From Candidatus Omnitrophota bacterium (GTDB lineage: Bacteria; Omnitrophota; Gorgyraeia; JABMRG01): a stretch of 64,000 nucleotides of DNA. The translations under genes were made by a program, and so were the position numbers. The stretch is from assembly GCA_028716165.1 (NCBI GenBank), contig JAQUQI010000006.1, positions 9,401-73,400 of the forward strand, in the 5' to 3' direction. The notes beneath the pieces are model-generated. The model saw only the letters and a list, made by a program, of their open reading frames with translations. It ran no database searches and was not told where the DNA came from. Positions 12,046-22,062 of this stretch are shown one piece after another (positions within the stretch are counted from its first letter, which is position 1; each line of letters begins with the position of its first letter).

Positions 12046-12410
12046 TACATATGAGAACGATACTGGATGTGGCCGATAATACGGGCGCCAGAAAGGCTTC
12101 CTGCATTAAAGTAATAGGCAGGTCAGGCAAGAGATACGCTTATATCGGTGATATTATTACATGTAACATAAAAGAGTCAACCCCCGACGCTGTGGTTAAA
12201 AAAGGGGAGGTTGTAAAGGCGGTCGTAGTCAGGACGTGCAATCCGATACGCCGCAAGGACGGTTCAAGGTTAAAGTTTGACCGTAATGCCTGCGTGATCA
12301 TTGACACAACCGGCAACCCCAGAGGGACCAGGATATTCGGGCCTGTCGCGCGCGAACTTAGAGACAAAGAGTTCATGAAGATAGTTTCACTTGCTCCGGA
12401 GGTTATTTAG
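12042..12410 (+). CDS. rplN: 50S ribosomal protein L14
   Basis: [26 protein letters not shown]; 122 aa; ATGA overlap with rpsQ. Confidence 0.97.
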   Translation: MIHMRTILDVADNTGARKASCIKVIGRSGKRYAYIGDIITCNIKESTPDAVVKKGEVVKAVVVRTCNPIRRKDGSRLKFDRNACVIIDTTGNPRGTRIFGPVARELRDKEFMKIVSLAPEVI

Positions 12411-12446
12411 CAGGTTTTTTTAAAAAATCTAATTATAAGGCAAAAA

Positions 12447-12755
12447 ATGAAAATTAAAAAAAATGATATCGTAAAAGTCCTGGCAGGCAAGGACAGGGGT
12501 AAGCAAGGAAAGGTATTGAAGATATTTCCTTCAAAAAACAAGGCCATTGTTGAGGGCATAAACTATGTTTCTAAGCATGCCAGAAAGACCCAGGACAACC
12601 CGAAGGGCGGTATTGTGCACAGGGAAGGCCTTATAGACATATCAAAACTTTCCATTGTGTGCGCCAGATGCGGCAAACCGTCGCGCGCGGGCTTTAATGT
12701 CCTGCCTGATAAATCCAAGGTTAGGATTTGCAGGGCGTGCCGGGAAATTATTTAA
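12447..12755 (+). CDS. rplX: 50S ribosomal protein L24 (C-terminal CxxC...CxxC cysteine pairs)
   Basis: KIKKNDIVKVLAGKDRGKQGKVLKI...IVEGINYVSKH KOW-domain L24; spc-operon order. Confidence 0.93.
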   Translation: MKIKKNDIVKVLAGKDRGKQGKVLKIFPSKNKAIVEGINYVSKHARKTQDNPKGGIVHREGLIDISKLSIVCARCGKPSRAGFNVLPDKSKVRICRACREII

Positions 12756-12820
12756 AACTTTGTAGCGTGGTTTTTTAAACGCCGGCAATCGTCAAGGTTT
12801 AAAAACATTAACTTATAGGA

Positions 12821-13390
12821 ATGATTATGGAAAAGAAACAACGCAGCAGAGCGAGATTACAGGAAAAATATGAAAATGAGATTATCCCGGAGATGATGGA
12901 AAAATTTTCATATAAAAATACATTACAGGTTCCCCGCATAAAAAAAGTGACCGTTAATATGGGGATAGGTTTAGCCGCGCATGATGACAAGATAGCCGAA
13001 GACGCGCAAAAAGAACTTGCCCAGCTTACCGGCCAAAAACCGATAATTACCAAATCAAAAAAAGCCATATCCAATTTTAAAACAAGGATAGGCTCTCCTG
13101 TAGGGTGTTGTGTCACGTTGCGCAGGGTGAGGATGTATGAGTTCCTTGACAAGCTTATCAATATCGCTTTACCCAGGATAAAGGATTTCAGAGGCGTATC
13201 GTTTAAATCGTTTGATAAACAAGGCAATTATTCCCTCGGCCTGCGAGAACATACCATATTTCCGGAACTTGAAATAGACAAAGTGACCAAGGTCAAAGGT
13301 ATGACGGTAACAATAACAATGACGCCCTCAAAGGCGACAGAGTCTTACGAGGTTCTTAAAAGGCTGGGGATGCCGTTCGCGCAAAAATAG
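12821..13390 (+). CDS. rplE: 50S ribosomal protein L5
   Basis: RLQEKYENEIIPEMMEKFSYKNTLQVPRIKKVTVNMG...RGVSFKSFDKQGNYSLGLREHTIFPE. Confidence 0.96.
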   Translation: MIMEKKQRSRARLQEKYENEIIPEMMEKFSYKNTLQVPRIKKVTVNMGIGLAAHDDKIAEDAQKELAQLTGQKPIITKSKKAISNFKTRIGSPVGCCVTLRRVRMYEFLDKLINIALPRIKDFRGVSFKSFDKQGNYSLGLREHTIFPELEIDKVTKVKGMTVTITMTPSKATESYEVLKRLGMPFAQK

Positions 13391-13484
13391 CATCACAATA
13401 GCCCGGCTGTTTGGCAAGGGGCAGGTGAAAAATTTCCTGCCGGCAGGCAGGAAATTTTCGGGCGCATAAGAACAGGAGTAAAAA

Positions 13485-13670
13485 TTGGCAAAAAAAGCTC
13501 TAATAGAAAAACAAAAAAGAAAGCCCAAGTTTAGCGTGCGTTTTTATAACAGATGCATGTTATGCGGCAGGCCGCGCGGTTTCATAAGAAGATTTAAACT
13601 TTGCAGGATATGCTTTAGGGAATTGGCTTCACGCGGAGAGATTCCGGGAGTAACAAAGGCCAGCTGGTAA
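13485..13670 (+). CDS. rpsN: 30S ribosomal protein S14, zinc-binding type Z
   Basis: 61 aa; [23 protein letters not shown] (CxxC...CxxC); sits between rplE and rpsH. Confidence 0.95.
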   Translation: MAKKALIEKQKRKPKFSVRFYNRCMLCGRPRGFIRRFKLCRICFRELASRGEIPGVTKASW

Positions 13671-13746
13671 TAATTACGGCGCGCGTCCGGCGTTATTTTG
13701 TTCACGCTAAGGATAGCGGCCGAAGAGCGCAATTAAGGAGCGGATA

Positions 13747-14151
13747 ATGTCACAGACAGACACGATAGCTGATTTCATCACATGCATAAGGAACGCGTCT
13801 TCCGCCAGGAAAGAGAGCCTTGAATGCCCTCTTTCCGGTATGCGTAAATCCATATGCGAGATACTGAAAAGAGAGGGTTTTATACGTGATTATCGCGTTA
13901 TTAAGGATGAGCGGCAGGGGATGCTGAAGCTTTATTTAAAATACGCAAAGGATAAAAATAAGACCCCGGCGATCACTAGCCTGGAAAAAATATCCAAACC
14001 CGGACTGCGTATGTATAAAAAAATGAAAGATATAACGCATGTCTTGGGCGGCCGGGGCATAGCCATATTATCAACATCAAAGGGAATATTAACCGATTCC
14101 GAGTGCAGAGAGTTAAAAATCGGCGGAGAGCCGCTCTGCAATATCTGGTAA
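13747..14151 (+). CDS. rpsH: 30S ribosomal protein S8
   Basis: MSQTDTIADFITCIRNAS...ILKREGFIRDY...GGEPLCNIW. Confidence 0.96.
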   Translation: MSQTDTIADFITCIRNASSARKESLECPLSGMRKSICEILKREGFIRDYRVIKDERQGMLKLYLKYAKDKNKTPAITSLEKISKPGLRMYKKMKDITHVLGGRGIAILSTSKGILTDSECRELKIGGEPLCNIW

Positions 14152-14200
14152 CCGCGCCTCATAAAGGTGTGATACTTTATAATCGCAAAAAGGATAAGAT

Positions 14201-14737
14201 ATGTCACGAATAGGAAAAAGGCCTGTTAAAGTGCCTAACGGAGTAAAGGTAAACATAAACCAGAGGGTTATCGCGCTTGAAGGCCCCAAAGGTAAATTGT
14301 CGCTTAATCTGCCTGATGGGATAAATGCTGCCCATACCGGGGATGAAATACTGCTGAACAGGGTATCAGATATAAAAATTCATAAAATGAATCATGGCTT
14401 AGCCAGGTCGCTTACAAATAATATGGTTAAAGGCGTTACCGAGGGCTTTTCCAAAGAGCTTGAAATACAGGGCGTGGGATTCAAGGCCCAGGTGAGCGGT
14501 AAAAAGCTTACCCTAAACCTTGGATTTGCGCATCCAATTGAATACGATGCGCCCACAGGCGTTGATATACAGTCGCCCAAACCCACGCAAATAATTATAA
14601 AGGGCATTGATAAGCAGCTTATCGGTGAAGTGGCGGCCCAGATCAGAGCTTTTTATAAACCGGAGCCTTATAAAGGCAAAGGTATAAGGTATGTGGGCGA
14701 GTATGTCAGGAAAAAGGCAGGAAAGACAGTTGCCTAA
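14201..14737 (+). CDS. rplF: 50S ribosomal protein L6
   Basis: MSRIGKRPVKVPNGVKVNIN...LEIQGVGFKAQVSGKKLTLNLGFAHPIEY. Confidence 0.96.
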   Translation: MSRIGKRPVKVPNGVKVNINQRVIALEGPKGKLSLNLPDGINAAHTGDEILLNRVSDIKIHKMNHGLARSLTNNMVKGVTEGFSKELEIQGVGFKAQVSGKKLTLNLGFAHPIEYDAPTGVDIQSPKPTQIIIKGIDKQLIGEVAAQIRAFYKPEPYKGKGIRYVGEYVRKKAGKTVA

Positions 14738-14779
14738 AAAGGGTCTTGTTCTATCATAACGCATAAGGGATGATGCAAA

Positions 14780-15142
14780 ATGCAAAGAAAACGTGTTTTA
14801 CAAAGCCATCTAAGGCATGAACGGCTAAGAAAAAAGATAATTGGAACTGCGCAAAAGCCAAGGCTGTGTGTATACAGGTCTTTAAAAAACCTTTCTGCCC
14901 AGCTCGTTAATGATACTGAATCAAAGACAATAATGTCTTTATCCACGTATGATAAAGACGTGAAATCAGGTGTCAAATATGGAGGCAATGTTCCGGCGGC
15001 CGAGAATCTCGGTAAGCTTTTTGCCCAGCAGGCTTCCAAAAAGGGGATAAAGCAAGTTGTCTTTGACAGGGGAGGCAGGAAGTATCATGGCAGGGTCAAG
15101 GCCTTCGCGGAATCATGCCGTAAAAACGGATTAGATTTTTAA
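14780..15142 (+). CDS. rplR: 50S ribosomal protein L18
   Basis: KPRLCVYRSLKNLSAQLVNDTESKTI...HGRVKAFAESCRKNGLDF. Confidence 0.94.
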   Translation: MQRKRVLQSHLRHERLRKKIIGTAQKPRLCVYRSLKNLSAQLVNDTESKTIMSLSTYDKDVKSGVKYGGNVPAAENLGKLFAQQASKKGIKQVVFDRGGRKYHGRVKAFAESCRKNGLDF

Positions 15143-15257
15143 CCCCGGCAGATTTTAGCCGTGGACACATTGTTATTGTATATTGTTTAAGGATGATATC
15201 AGGGTCCATGTGGACTTAATGTTTTAAATACCGTTCGTATCTGGGAGGACAAAGATT

Positions 15258-15827
15258 TTGGCTGACAAAAAGATATCTAAAACCACGAAGCAACCCATGC
15301 CCAAAGAAAGGGCAAAGGATGATTTGAAAAAGACGATTTCAAAAGACTCGGATATTGCCGGCAGTATGCAATTTGTTGATGAGATGTTTGAAAAAGTGCT
15401 CTCTATCAATAGGACATCCAAGGTAACGAAGGGCGGCAAAAAGATAGGGTTCAGCGCGCTTGTAGTTGTCGGAGACAGAAAGGGAATGGTAGGTTTTGGA
15501 TTTGGTAAGGCCAATGAAGTTTCTGACGCGATAAAAAAAGGCCTCAATGACGCCAAAAAGTCCATGTTCAGTATCGCGCTGAAGGGGTCTACCATACCTC
15601 ATGAAGTTATAGGTGTTTATGGCGCGGCAAGGGTGCTGCTTAAGCCCGCCGGAGAAGGAACAGGCGTAATCGCGGGAGGCGCTACAAGAGCTATGTGCGA
15701 TGCCGCCGGTATTAAGGATATATTGACCAAATGTCTGGGATCAAACAACCCTTTTAATATTGTAAAAGCGACGGCGTGCGGCTTTAGGGAGTTGACAGTG
15801 AAACCAAAAGGCCAGGTTGTTTCTTAA
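15258..15827 (+). CDS. rpsE: 30S ribosomal protein S5 (TTG start; RBS gggagga 8 nt upstream)
   Basis: [45 protein letters not shown]...[25 protein letters not shown]. Confidence 0.95.
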   Translation: MADKKISKTTKQPMPKERAKDDLKKTISKDSDIAGSMQFVDEMFEKVLSINRTSKVTKGGKKIGFSALVVVGDRKGMVGFGFGKANEVSDAIKKGLNDAKKSMFSIALKGSTIPHEVIGVYGAARVLLKPAGEGTGVIAGGATRAMCDAAGIKDILTKCLGSNNPFNIVKATACGFRELTVKPKGQVVS

Positions 15828-15860
15828 AAATGTTAATTCAAAATAAAAGAAGAGTAAAAA

Positions 15861-16373
15861 ATGACAATCATTGATTATTTAAGGGTGCCGAAAGGCGCGG
15901 TCAAAAAGAAAAAAAGAAAAGGCAGAGGGCAGGGTTCAGGCCACGGCAAGACAGCATGCAGGGGGCACAAAGGCCAGTCGGCCAGAGGTAACACAAAAAA
16001 ATACAAGGGCATGGAAGGCGGACAAATGCCGCTTATCAGAAGAGTGCCGAAGAGAGGTTTTACGAATAAATACAGGCGCTGTTATCAGATTGTGCAGGTT
16101 GAGCGATTGAGTGTCTTTTCTGACAAGGATATTATCAACCCAGCCCTTCTGAAGAGCAGGCGTATGATAAAGGACGCGGCGGGCTTGGTGAAAATACTGG
16201 GTTTGGGCAAATTAAAAAAACAGATAGATGTTCATGCCCACGCCTTTAGCCGTTCGGCGAAAGCGGCTATTGAGTCTGCGGGAGGCAAGACGGTTTTGCT
16301 GGTTAAACCTTCTCCGATAAAGCGCAGGTCATCAAATACTAAAAAACAAGATCAATCAATTCGCGGATTATAG
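15861..16373 (+). CDS. rplO: 50S ribosomal protein L15
   Basis: KRKGRGQGSGHGKTACRGHKGQSARGN; follows rpsE with only 33 nt between, so there is no L30 gene. Confidence 0.94.
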   Translation: MTIIDYLRVPKGAVKKKKRKGRGQGSGHGKTACRGHKGQSARGNTKKYKGMEGGQMPLIRRVPKRGFTNKYRRCYQIVQVERLSVFSDKDIINPALLKSRRMIKDAAGLVKILGLGKLKKQIDVHAHAFSRSAKAAIESAGGKTVLLVKPSPIKRRSSNTKKQDQSIRGL

Positions 16374-16387
16374 AACCGGGGTTTATT

Positions 16388-17737
16388 ATGCTGGCGGCTC
16401 TTAGCAATATATTCAAGATACCTGACCTTAGGAAAAAGATATTACTGACTTCAGCCCTGATCGCGGTTTATAGGATAGGCGGTTATATACCTACCCCGGG
16501 CATAGACGGTTCGGCCTTATCGCAGTTCTTTGAAAACATTGCCAGGACATCAGGCGGGACGTTGTTTGGCATTATGGATCTTTTTAGCGGAGGCGCTATA
16601 TCAAAACTCACCATATTCGCTTTGGGTATCATGCCCTATATATCGTCTTCAATCATAATGCAGCTGCTTACCACGGTTATACCTTCATTTGAGAAACTTG
16701 CCAAGGAAGGCGGCGAAGAGGGCAGAAAACGCATAACCCAGTATACGAGATACGGGACTATTGTCCTGGCCGTGGTCCAGTCGTTCTTTATCAGCCTGTG
16801 GGTGGAAAATCCGGCTAATTTTCAAGGAATGCAAATAGTGCAGTTTCCCGGATGGGGTTTCAGATTTCTTACCATATTGACCTTTGCCAGCGGCACTGCT
16901 TTTATTATGTGGCTTGGAGAGCAGATATCTGAATACGGAATAGGCAACGGTATGTCAATCCTTATAACCGCCGGCATAATTTCCCGATTGCCTGTTGCGA
17001 TACACCAGCTTGTCATGCTTTTATCGCCGTCATCAACTTCGCAGACGCAGATAAGCGTATTTAAACTTTTATTTATGCTTGTCTTGTTGATAGCCGTTAT
17101 AGCGGCCGTTATAATAATAACGCAGGGCCAGAGGCGGATACCTGTTCAATACGCCAAACGCATAATAGGCAGAAAGATATACGGGGGCCAAAATACGTAT
17201 ATACCGTTTAGGGTAAACCATGCCGGAGTCATACCGATTATTTTCGCGCAGTCTCTTTTAATGTTTCCTGCTACTATTGCGGGATTTATACCGAACGCTG
17301 CTTTTCAAAACGCGGCGAATTTTTTAGTAAGGCAGAATGTTATTTATAGTATTTTATATTCCTTATTAATTGTTTTTTTCTGTTACTTTTACACGGCAAT
17401 TACATTTAACCCCGTTGAGGTGTCGGATAATATGAAAAAATACGGAGGTTTTATTCCCGGTATCAGGCCTGGAAAACCGACAGCCCAGTATTTTGAGCAC
17501 ATATTAAACAGGGTCACACTGCCCGGAGCGGTTTTCCTGGCAGTTATAGCTATCTTGCCTGACCTGATAAGCAAGGCGCTTCACATACCGTATCTGGTGG
17601 CGAGTTTCTTCGGAGGCACAGCTATACTTATTACTGTCGGCGTTATGCTTGATACCATGAAACAGGTGGAATCACAGCTTTTAATGAGGCATTACGAAGG
17701 GTTCTTGAAAAAAGGCAAAATGAGGAGCAGGCGTTGA
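16388..17737 (+). CDS. secY: Preprotein translocase subunit SecY
   Basis: 449 aa polytopic membrane protein; LRKKILLTSALIAVYRIGGYIPTPGID...GIMPYISSSIIMQLL; position after rplO. Confidence 0.95.
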   Translation: MLAALSNIFKIPDLRKKILLTSALIAVYRIGGYIPTPGIDGSALSQFFENIARTSGGTLFGIMDLFSGGAISKLTIFALGIMPYISSSIIMQLLTTVIPSFEKLAKEGGEEGRKRITQYTRYGTIVLAVVQSFFISLWVENPANFQGMQIVQFPGWGFRFLTILTFASGTAFIMWLGEQISEYGIGNGMSILITAGIISRLPVAIHQLVMLLSPSSTSQTQISVFKLLFMLVLLIAVIAAVIIITQGQRRIPVQYAKRIIGRKIYGGQNTYIPFRVNHAGVIPIIFAQSLLMFPATIAGFIPNAAFQNAANFLVRQNVIYSILYSLLIVFFCYFYTAITFNPVEVSDNMKKYGGFIPGIRPGKPTAQYFEHILNRVTLPGAVFLAVIAILPDLISKALHIPYLVASFFGGTAILITVGVMLDTMKQVESQLLMRHYEGFLKKGKMRSRR

Positions 17738-18393
17738 GAATAGTATTGTTGGGCCCGCCGGGCGCCGGTAAAGGCACTCAAGCTAAGGTCCTGTCAGGTA
17801 AATTGAATCTTGTCCATATTTCAACCGGAGATATATTCAGGCAGGCAAAGAAGAGCAGCAGCGAGCTCGGCAAACAGCTTTCCGATTATATGAATAGAGG
17901 CGTTCTTGTGCCTGACGATATCGTAAATCAGGTTATGATAGAGCGCCTGAAACAAGAAGACGTGAAAAAGTCGGGTTTCATACTTGACGGGTATCCGCGC
18001 ACGGAAAACCAGGCCAGGGTGCTTGACGCGGCCCTTGATCGCATAGGTATGAACCTTGATATGGTGATCTATATGAAGACCACCAAAGACATTATACTGA
18101 CCAGGCTTACCGGCAGAAGGGTATGCAGGAAGTGCGGGAGTATATTTCACGTGACTAATATCCCGCCTAAAACTGACGGCAAGTGCGATTATTGCGCAGG
18201 CGAACTTTATCAAAGGGATGATGACAAGGAAGAGACTGTCCTCAAGAGGCTTGAGGTATATGAACAGCAGACGCAGGAATTGATTGGATACTACAGCAAG
18301 CGTGCCATATTGAAAACCGTTTCAGGCGATCTTGACGTAAGACAGCTTTATGATGTGCTTTATGAGCTCTTTGGCAGTGAAGGTTTGTTATGA
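17734..18393 (+). CDS. adk: Adenylate kinase with a zinc-binding lid (TTG start overlapping the secY stop)
   Basis: RIVLLGPPGAGKGTQA P-loop; lid CRKCGSIFH...CDYCAGEL; position after secY. Confidence 0.94.
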   Translation: MRIVLLGPPGAGKGTQAKVLSGKLNLVHISTGDIFRQAKKSSSELGKQLSDYMNRGVLVPDDIVNQVMIERLKQEDVKKSGFILDGYPRTENQARVLDAALDRIGMNLDMVIYMKTTKDIILTRLTGRRVCRKCGSIFHVTNIPPKTDGKCDYCAGELYQRDDDKEETVLKRLEVYEQQTQELIGYYSKRAILKTVSGDLDVRQLYDVLYELFGSEGLL

Positions 18394-19142
18394 TTGAATT
18401 GAAATCCCCAAGTCAGCTTGAAGGCATAAAAAATGCTTCAAGGTTGTTGGTAGACGTGCTGACAGGGCTTAAGAAAATGGTTGTCCCGGGCATAATTACC
18501 GAACAGCTGGATAACTGGGCCAGAAAGAAGATACTGGATTCGGGAGCTGATTGCGCGTTCTTAGGATATAAAGGATTTCCAAAGACTATATGTACTTCAG
18601 TTAACGAGCAGATCGTTCACGGTATACCCGGAAAGAGGATCCTTAAAAACGGCGACATAATCAGTATTGATGTCGGTGTGAGGTTAGATGGTTATTTCTC
18701 TGACGCTGCTGTGACAGTAGCGGTAGGAAATATCGCTAATATGGCCGCGCGCCTTATAGAGGTTACGAGAAAGGCGCTCCTGGATGCGATAGGCTATGCT
18801 GTCTGCGGAGGCAGGTTATCTGATATTTCCTGCGCCGTTGAACGTTGCGCTGTTGACAACGGGTTGAATGTGGTAAGGGAATTTGTGGGCCATGGTATCG
18901 GATTAAACTTGCACGAGGACCCGCCTGTGCCCAATTTTGGCAGAAGTGGCGCCGGAGTCAGGTTAAAAGAGGGTATGGTGCTTGCCATAGAGCCTATGAT
19001 TAATGCCGGAGGCCCGGGGGTTGAGATCCTGGATGACGGCTGGACCGCTGTTACCCAGGACGGAAGCCTAAGCGCCCATTTTGAACATACGGTGGCGATT
19101 ACAAAAAACGGCCCTGAAGTATTTACGGAAGGGATTGAATGA
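18390..19142 (+). CDS. map: Methionine aminopeptidase type I
   Basis: 250 aa M24A; [46 protein letters not shown]; ATGA overlap with adk. Confidence 0.93.
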   Translation: MIELKSPSQLEGIKNASRLLVDVLTGLKKMVVPGIITEQLDNWARKKILDSGADCAFLGYKGFPKTICTSVNEQIVHGIPGKRILKNGDIISIDVGVRLDGYFSDAAVTVAVGNIANMAARLIEVTRKALLDAIGYAVCGGRLSDISCAVERCAVDNGLNVVREFVGHGIGLNLHEDPPVPNFGRSGAGVRLKEGMVLAIEPMINAGGPGVEILDDGWTAVTQDGSLSAHFEHTVAITKNGPEVFTEGIE

Positions 19143-19354
19143 AAGAAGAGGCTATAGAGGTTGAAGGTACGATAATAGAGGCATTGCCGAATGCCAGGTT
19201 CAGGGTTGAGCTTGAAAATGGGCATAAGGTCCTGGCCCATGTTTCAGGCAAGATGAGAATGTATTTTATCAGGATACTGCCTGGCGATAAGGTCAAGCTT
19301 GAACTTTCACCCTATGACCTGGCCAGGGGCAGGATTATTTACAGGGAGAAGTGA
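19139..19354 (+). CDS. infA: Translation initiation factor IF-1
   Basis: [61 protein letters not shown]. Confidence 0.97.
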   Translation: MKEEAIEVEGTIIEALPNARFRVELENGHKVLAHVSGKMRMYFIRILPGDKVKLELSPYDLARGRIIYREK

Positions 19355-19358
19355 CACT

Positions 19359-19472
19359 ATGAAGGTTAGGTCATCTGTCAAGAAAATATGTTCCGAATGC
19401 AAGATAATAAAAAGGAATAATGTGGTCAGGGTGATTTGTAAAAATCCCAAGCATAAACAAAGGCAGGGTTAG
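19359..19472 (+). CDS. rpmJ: 50S ribosomal protein L36 (37 aa; absent from the ORF track because it is shorter than 60 aa)
   Basis: Manual translation gives [37 protein letters not shown] with the C-x2-C...C-x4-H L36 zinc ribbon; canonical position between infA and rpsM. Confidence 0.93.
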   Translation: MKVRSSVKKICSECKIIKRNNVVRVICKNPKHKQRQG

Positions 19473-19522
19473 ATTGGGCGGTTTTCGCCCTTCAATGCGG
19501 ATGTATATGAAGGAGTAAAGAG

Positions 19523-19897
19523 ATGCCGAGAATCTGTGGTGTGGATGTACCAAAAGAGAAGAGGATTGAGATTTCGTTGACTTATATTTATGGCATAGGC
19601 AGGACGCTTTCCAACAAGGTTTTGAAGACGGTGCAGATAGACCCTAATACGCGCGCCAAGGATTTGACCGAGGAAGAAATTGCCAAGATAACATCGGCTA
19701 TTAATAAGAGCTATATGGTTGAAGGCGATTTAAGAAGAGACGCGGCCGCCAACATAAAGCGCAACATGGACATAGGCACTTATCGCGGACAGAGGCATAA
19801 AAAAAGCCTGCCGGTCAGAGGGCAAAGGTCCAGGACTAATGCGCGGACGCGTAAGGGCCCGAGGCGCACTGTAGGCGTGACGAGAAAACAAACATAG
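19523..19897 (+). CDS. rpsM: 30S ribosomal protein S13
   Basis: [34 protein letters not shown]...[24 protein letters not shown]. Confidence 0.97.
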   Translation: MPRICGVDVPKEKRIEISLTYIYGIGRTLSNKVLKTVQIDPNTRAKDLTEEEIAKITSAINKSYMVEGDLRRDAAANIKRNMDIGTYRGQRHKKSLPVRGQRSRTNARTRKGPRRTVGVTRKQT

Positions 19898-19902
19898 GAG
19901 AA

Positions 19903-20295
19903 ATGAAAGTGGCAAAAAAACCTAAGGCGAAAAAAAAGGTTAAACGCAATGTTCCGCACGGCCTTGCTTATATACTGGCGACATTTAACAATACTATAGT
20001 GACCATAACTGATTTGCAGGGTAATACATTGTGCTGGGCAACGAGCGGCGGAAGCGGTTTCAAGGGTTCCAAAAAATCAACGCCTTTTGCCGCCCAGATA
20101 GCTGCCGATAAAGCCGCAAAGAAGGCCCGCGACTTCGGCATGCAAAAAATAGATGTTTTTGTCAAGGGCCCGGGCGCCGGCAGGGAATCCACAATCAGGG
20201 CTATACAGGCGGCCGGTCTACAGGTAAATTCCATAACGGATACAACGCCCATACCTCATAACGGTTGCAGGCCGCCCAAGAGAAGAAGGGTATAA
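19903..20295 (+). CDS. rpsK: 30S ribosomal protein S11
   Basis: [50 protein letters not shown]...[21 protein letters not shown]. Confidence 0.97.
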   Translation: MKVAKKPKAKKKVKRNVPHGLAYILATFNNTIVTITDLQGNTLCWATSGGSGFKGSKKSTPFAAQIAADKAAKKARDFGMQKIDVFVKGPGAGRESTIRAIQAAGLQVNSITDTTPIPHNGCRPPKRRRV

Positions 20296-20395
20296 CAGAA
20301 TTAGTGATTTGTTTTTTTATCTGACGCCGTAAGGCATTATCCGGCGGCATGCGTGTCTGGAAAATATTGATACCCATAAAATCAAGGAGTAGTTA

Positions 20396-21025
20396 ATGGC
20401 AAGAAATACGGGAGCAATGTGCAGGTTGTGCAGGAGAGAAGGCGTAAAGCTTTTCTTGAAAGGCCCGCGCTGCGTGAGTGAAAAATGTTCTTTTAATAAA
20501 AGGGGCTATAACCCCGGGCAACACGGCCGCAACAGAAGGGGTAAGATATCGGATTATGGCTTACAGCTAAGGGAAAAGCAAAAGGTTAAGCGCATATACG
20601 GAATACTTGAAAGGCAATTCAGATGTTATTTCAAAAAGTCCGAGAGGCAAAAGGGCGTTACCGGAGAACTCCTCTTGCAAAACCTGGAGATACGGCTTGA
20701 TAACGTGGTTTTTCGCGCGTGCTTGGCATCTTCTCGCGCTCAAGCAAGGCAAATGGTAAAACATAATTCCATACACGTTAACGGCGAAGTCGTAAACATC
20801 CCTTCGTTTCAGGTGAAGAAAGGCGATGTTATCAGCCTGAAGGTCCAGCCTGAAGGCGCCAAGAAGGCCGAGGAAAACCTTAAACTGAATAAGGACAGGG
20901 GCGTGCCGGGGTGGCTGGTTCTCAATGACGCACAATTTTCCGCCACAGTTAAAGAGCTTCCTTCAAGAGACGATATAGGTTTCCCCGTGCAGGAACAGCT
21001 TATCGTTGAGCTTTATTCTAAATAA
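20396..21025 (+). CDS. rpsD: 30S ribosomal protein S4 with an N-terminal C4 zinc ribbon
   Basis: MARNTGAMCRLCRREGVKLFLKGPRCVSEKC; S4 domain LESRLDNVVFR-like ...RQMVKHNSIHVNG. Confidence 0.95.
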   Translation: MARNTGAMCRLCRREGVKLFLKGPRCVSEKCSFNKRGYNPGQHGRNRRGKISDYGLQLREKQKVKRIYGILERQFRCYFKKSERQKGVTGELLLQNLEIRLDNVVFRACLASSRAQARQMVKHNSIHVNGEVVNIPSFQVKKGDVISLKVQPEGAKKAEENLKLNKDRGVPGWLVLNDAQFSATVKELPSRDDIGFPVQEQLIVELYSK

Positions 21026-21069
21026 GAAATACCAAAAAATACGCATATTAAACAAGAGGAGCGGATAAT

Positions 21070-22041
21070 ATGGGAATAGCCTGGAGAAATTTTGAGATGC
21101 CCAAACTTTTAAAGGCAAACGACAATACCCTTACCGATACATATGGCGAATTCATAGCCGAACCTTTTGAGAGAGGTTATGGCACCACGCTTGGCAACAG
21201 CCTAAGAAGGGTTCTGCTCTCATCCATTGAAGGAACTGCTGTTACAAATATCAAGATTAACGGTATCGCTCACGAGTTTGGTTCTATACCCGGCGTTGTA
21301 GAGGATGTTACGCAGATAATTTTGAATATTAAAAGCCTTGTTCTTAGAAGCCATACTTCTGTTCCGAAGCCGTTGTTTATAAAGGTGCACCGCAAGGGGG
21401 CTGTGACAGCCAAAGATATTATATCGGATGAAACCATAGACATTATAAATCCGGGCCTGCATATAGCAACCCTTAACAAGGATGCCAAGCTGGATATTGA
21501 GATGGAGGTAGGAAAGGGGCGCGGTTATGTGCTTGCCGAAGGTAATAAAAAAGAAGACCAGGCGATAGGCGTAATCGCGATAGATTCACTATTTAGCCCC
21601 GTTACCAAGGTCAATTTCCTTGTTGAAGACACCAGGGTCGGGCAGGTAACTGATTATGACAAGCTTACGCTTAAGATCTGGACAAACGGGGCTGTCACAC
21701 CCAAAGAGGCTTTGCTATATGCCTCCAATGTCCTGCAAAGGCACCTTGATATATTTGTTAATTTTGGAAAACTGCCTGAAGATCTGGAGATTGTTGATGA
21801 ACCGCAGGAAGATGCCGAGTTGATAGAAAAACTGAAAATGCCTGTTTCCGAATTGGAGCTTTCCGTCAGAAGCGCGAACTGCCTTGAGAAGGCAAAACTC
21901 AAGACCATTGGAGATGTTGTGTCAAAAACCGAAAGTGAAATGCTCAAGTACAGGAATTTCGGTAAAAAATCTCTTACGGAGATAGTCGGCGTATTGGAAA
22001 GTATGGGTTTTTCACTCGGGATGAAGGTAAAGAAGAAATAA
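21070..22041 (+). CDS. rpoA: DNA-directed RNA polymerase alpha subunit
   Basis: EPFERGYGTTLGNSLRRVLLSSIEGTAVT; alpha-CTD KMPVSELELSVRSANCLEKAKLKTIGDV; RBS aggagcgg upstream. Confidence 0.96.
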   Translation: MGIAWRNFEMPKLLKANDNTLTDTYGEFIAEPFERGYGTTLGNSLRRVLLSSIEGTAVTNIKINGIAHEFGSIPGVVEDVTQIILNIKSLVLRSHTSVPKPLFIKVHRKGAVTAKDIISDETIDIINPGLHIATLNKDAKLDIEMEVGKGRGYVLAEGNKKEDQAIGVIAIDSLFSPVTKVNFLVEDTRVGQVTDYDKLTLKIWTNGAVTPKEALLYASNVLQRHLDIFVNFGKLPEDLEIVDEPQEDAELIEKLKMPVSELELSVRSANCLEKAKLKTIGDVVSKTESEMLKYRNFGKKSLTEIVGVLESMGFSLGMKVKKK

Positions 22042-22062
22042 AATTGGAGAAAGACATAGAGT

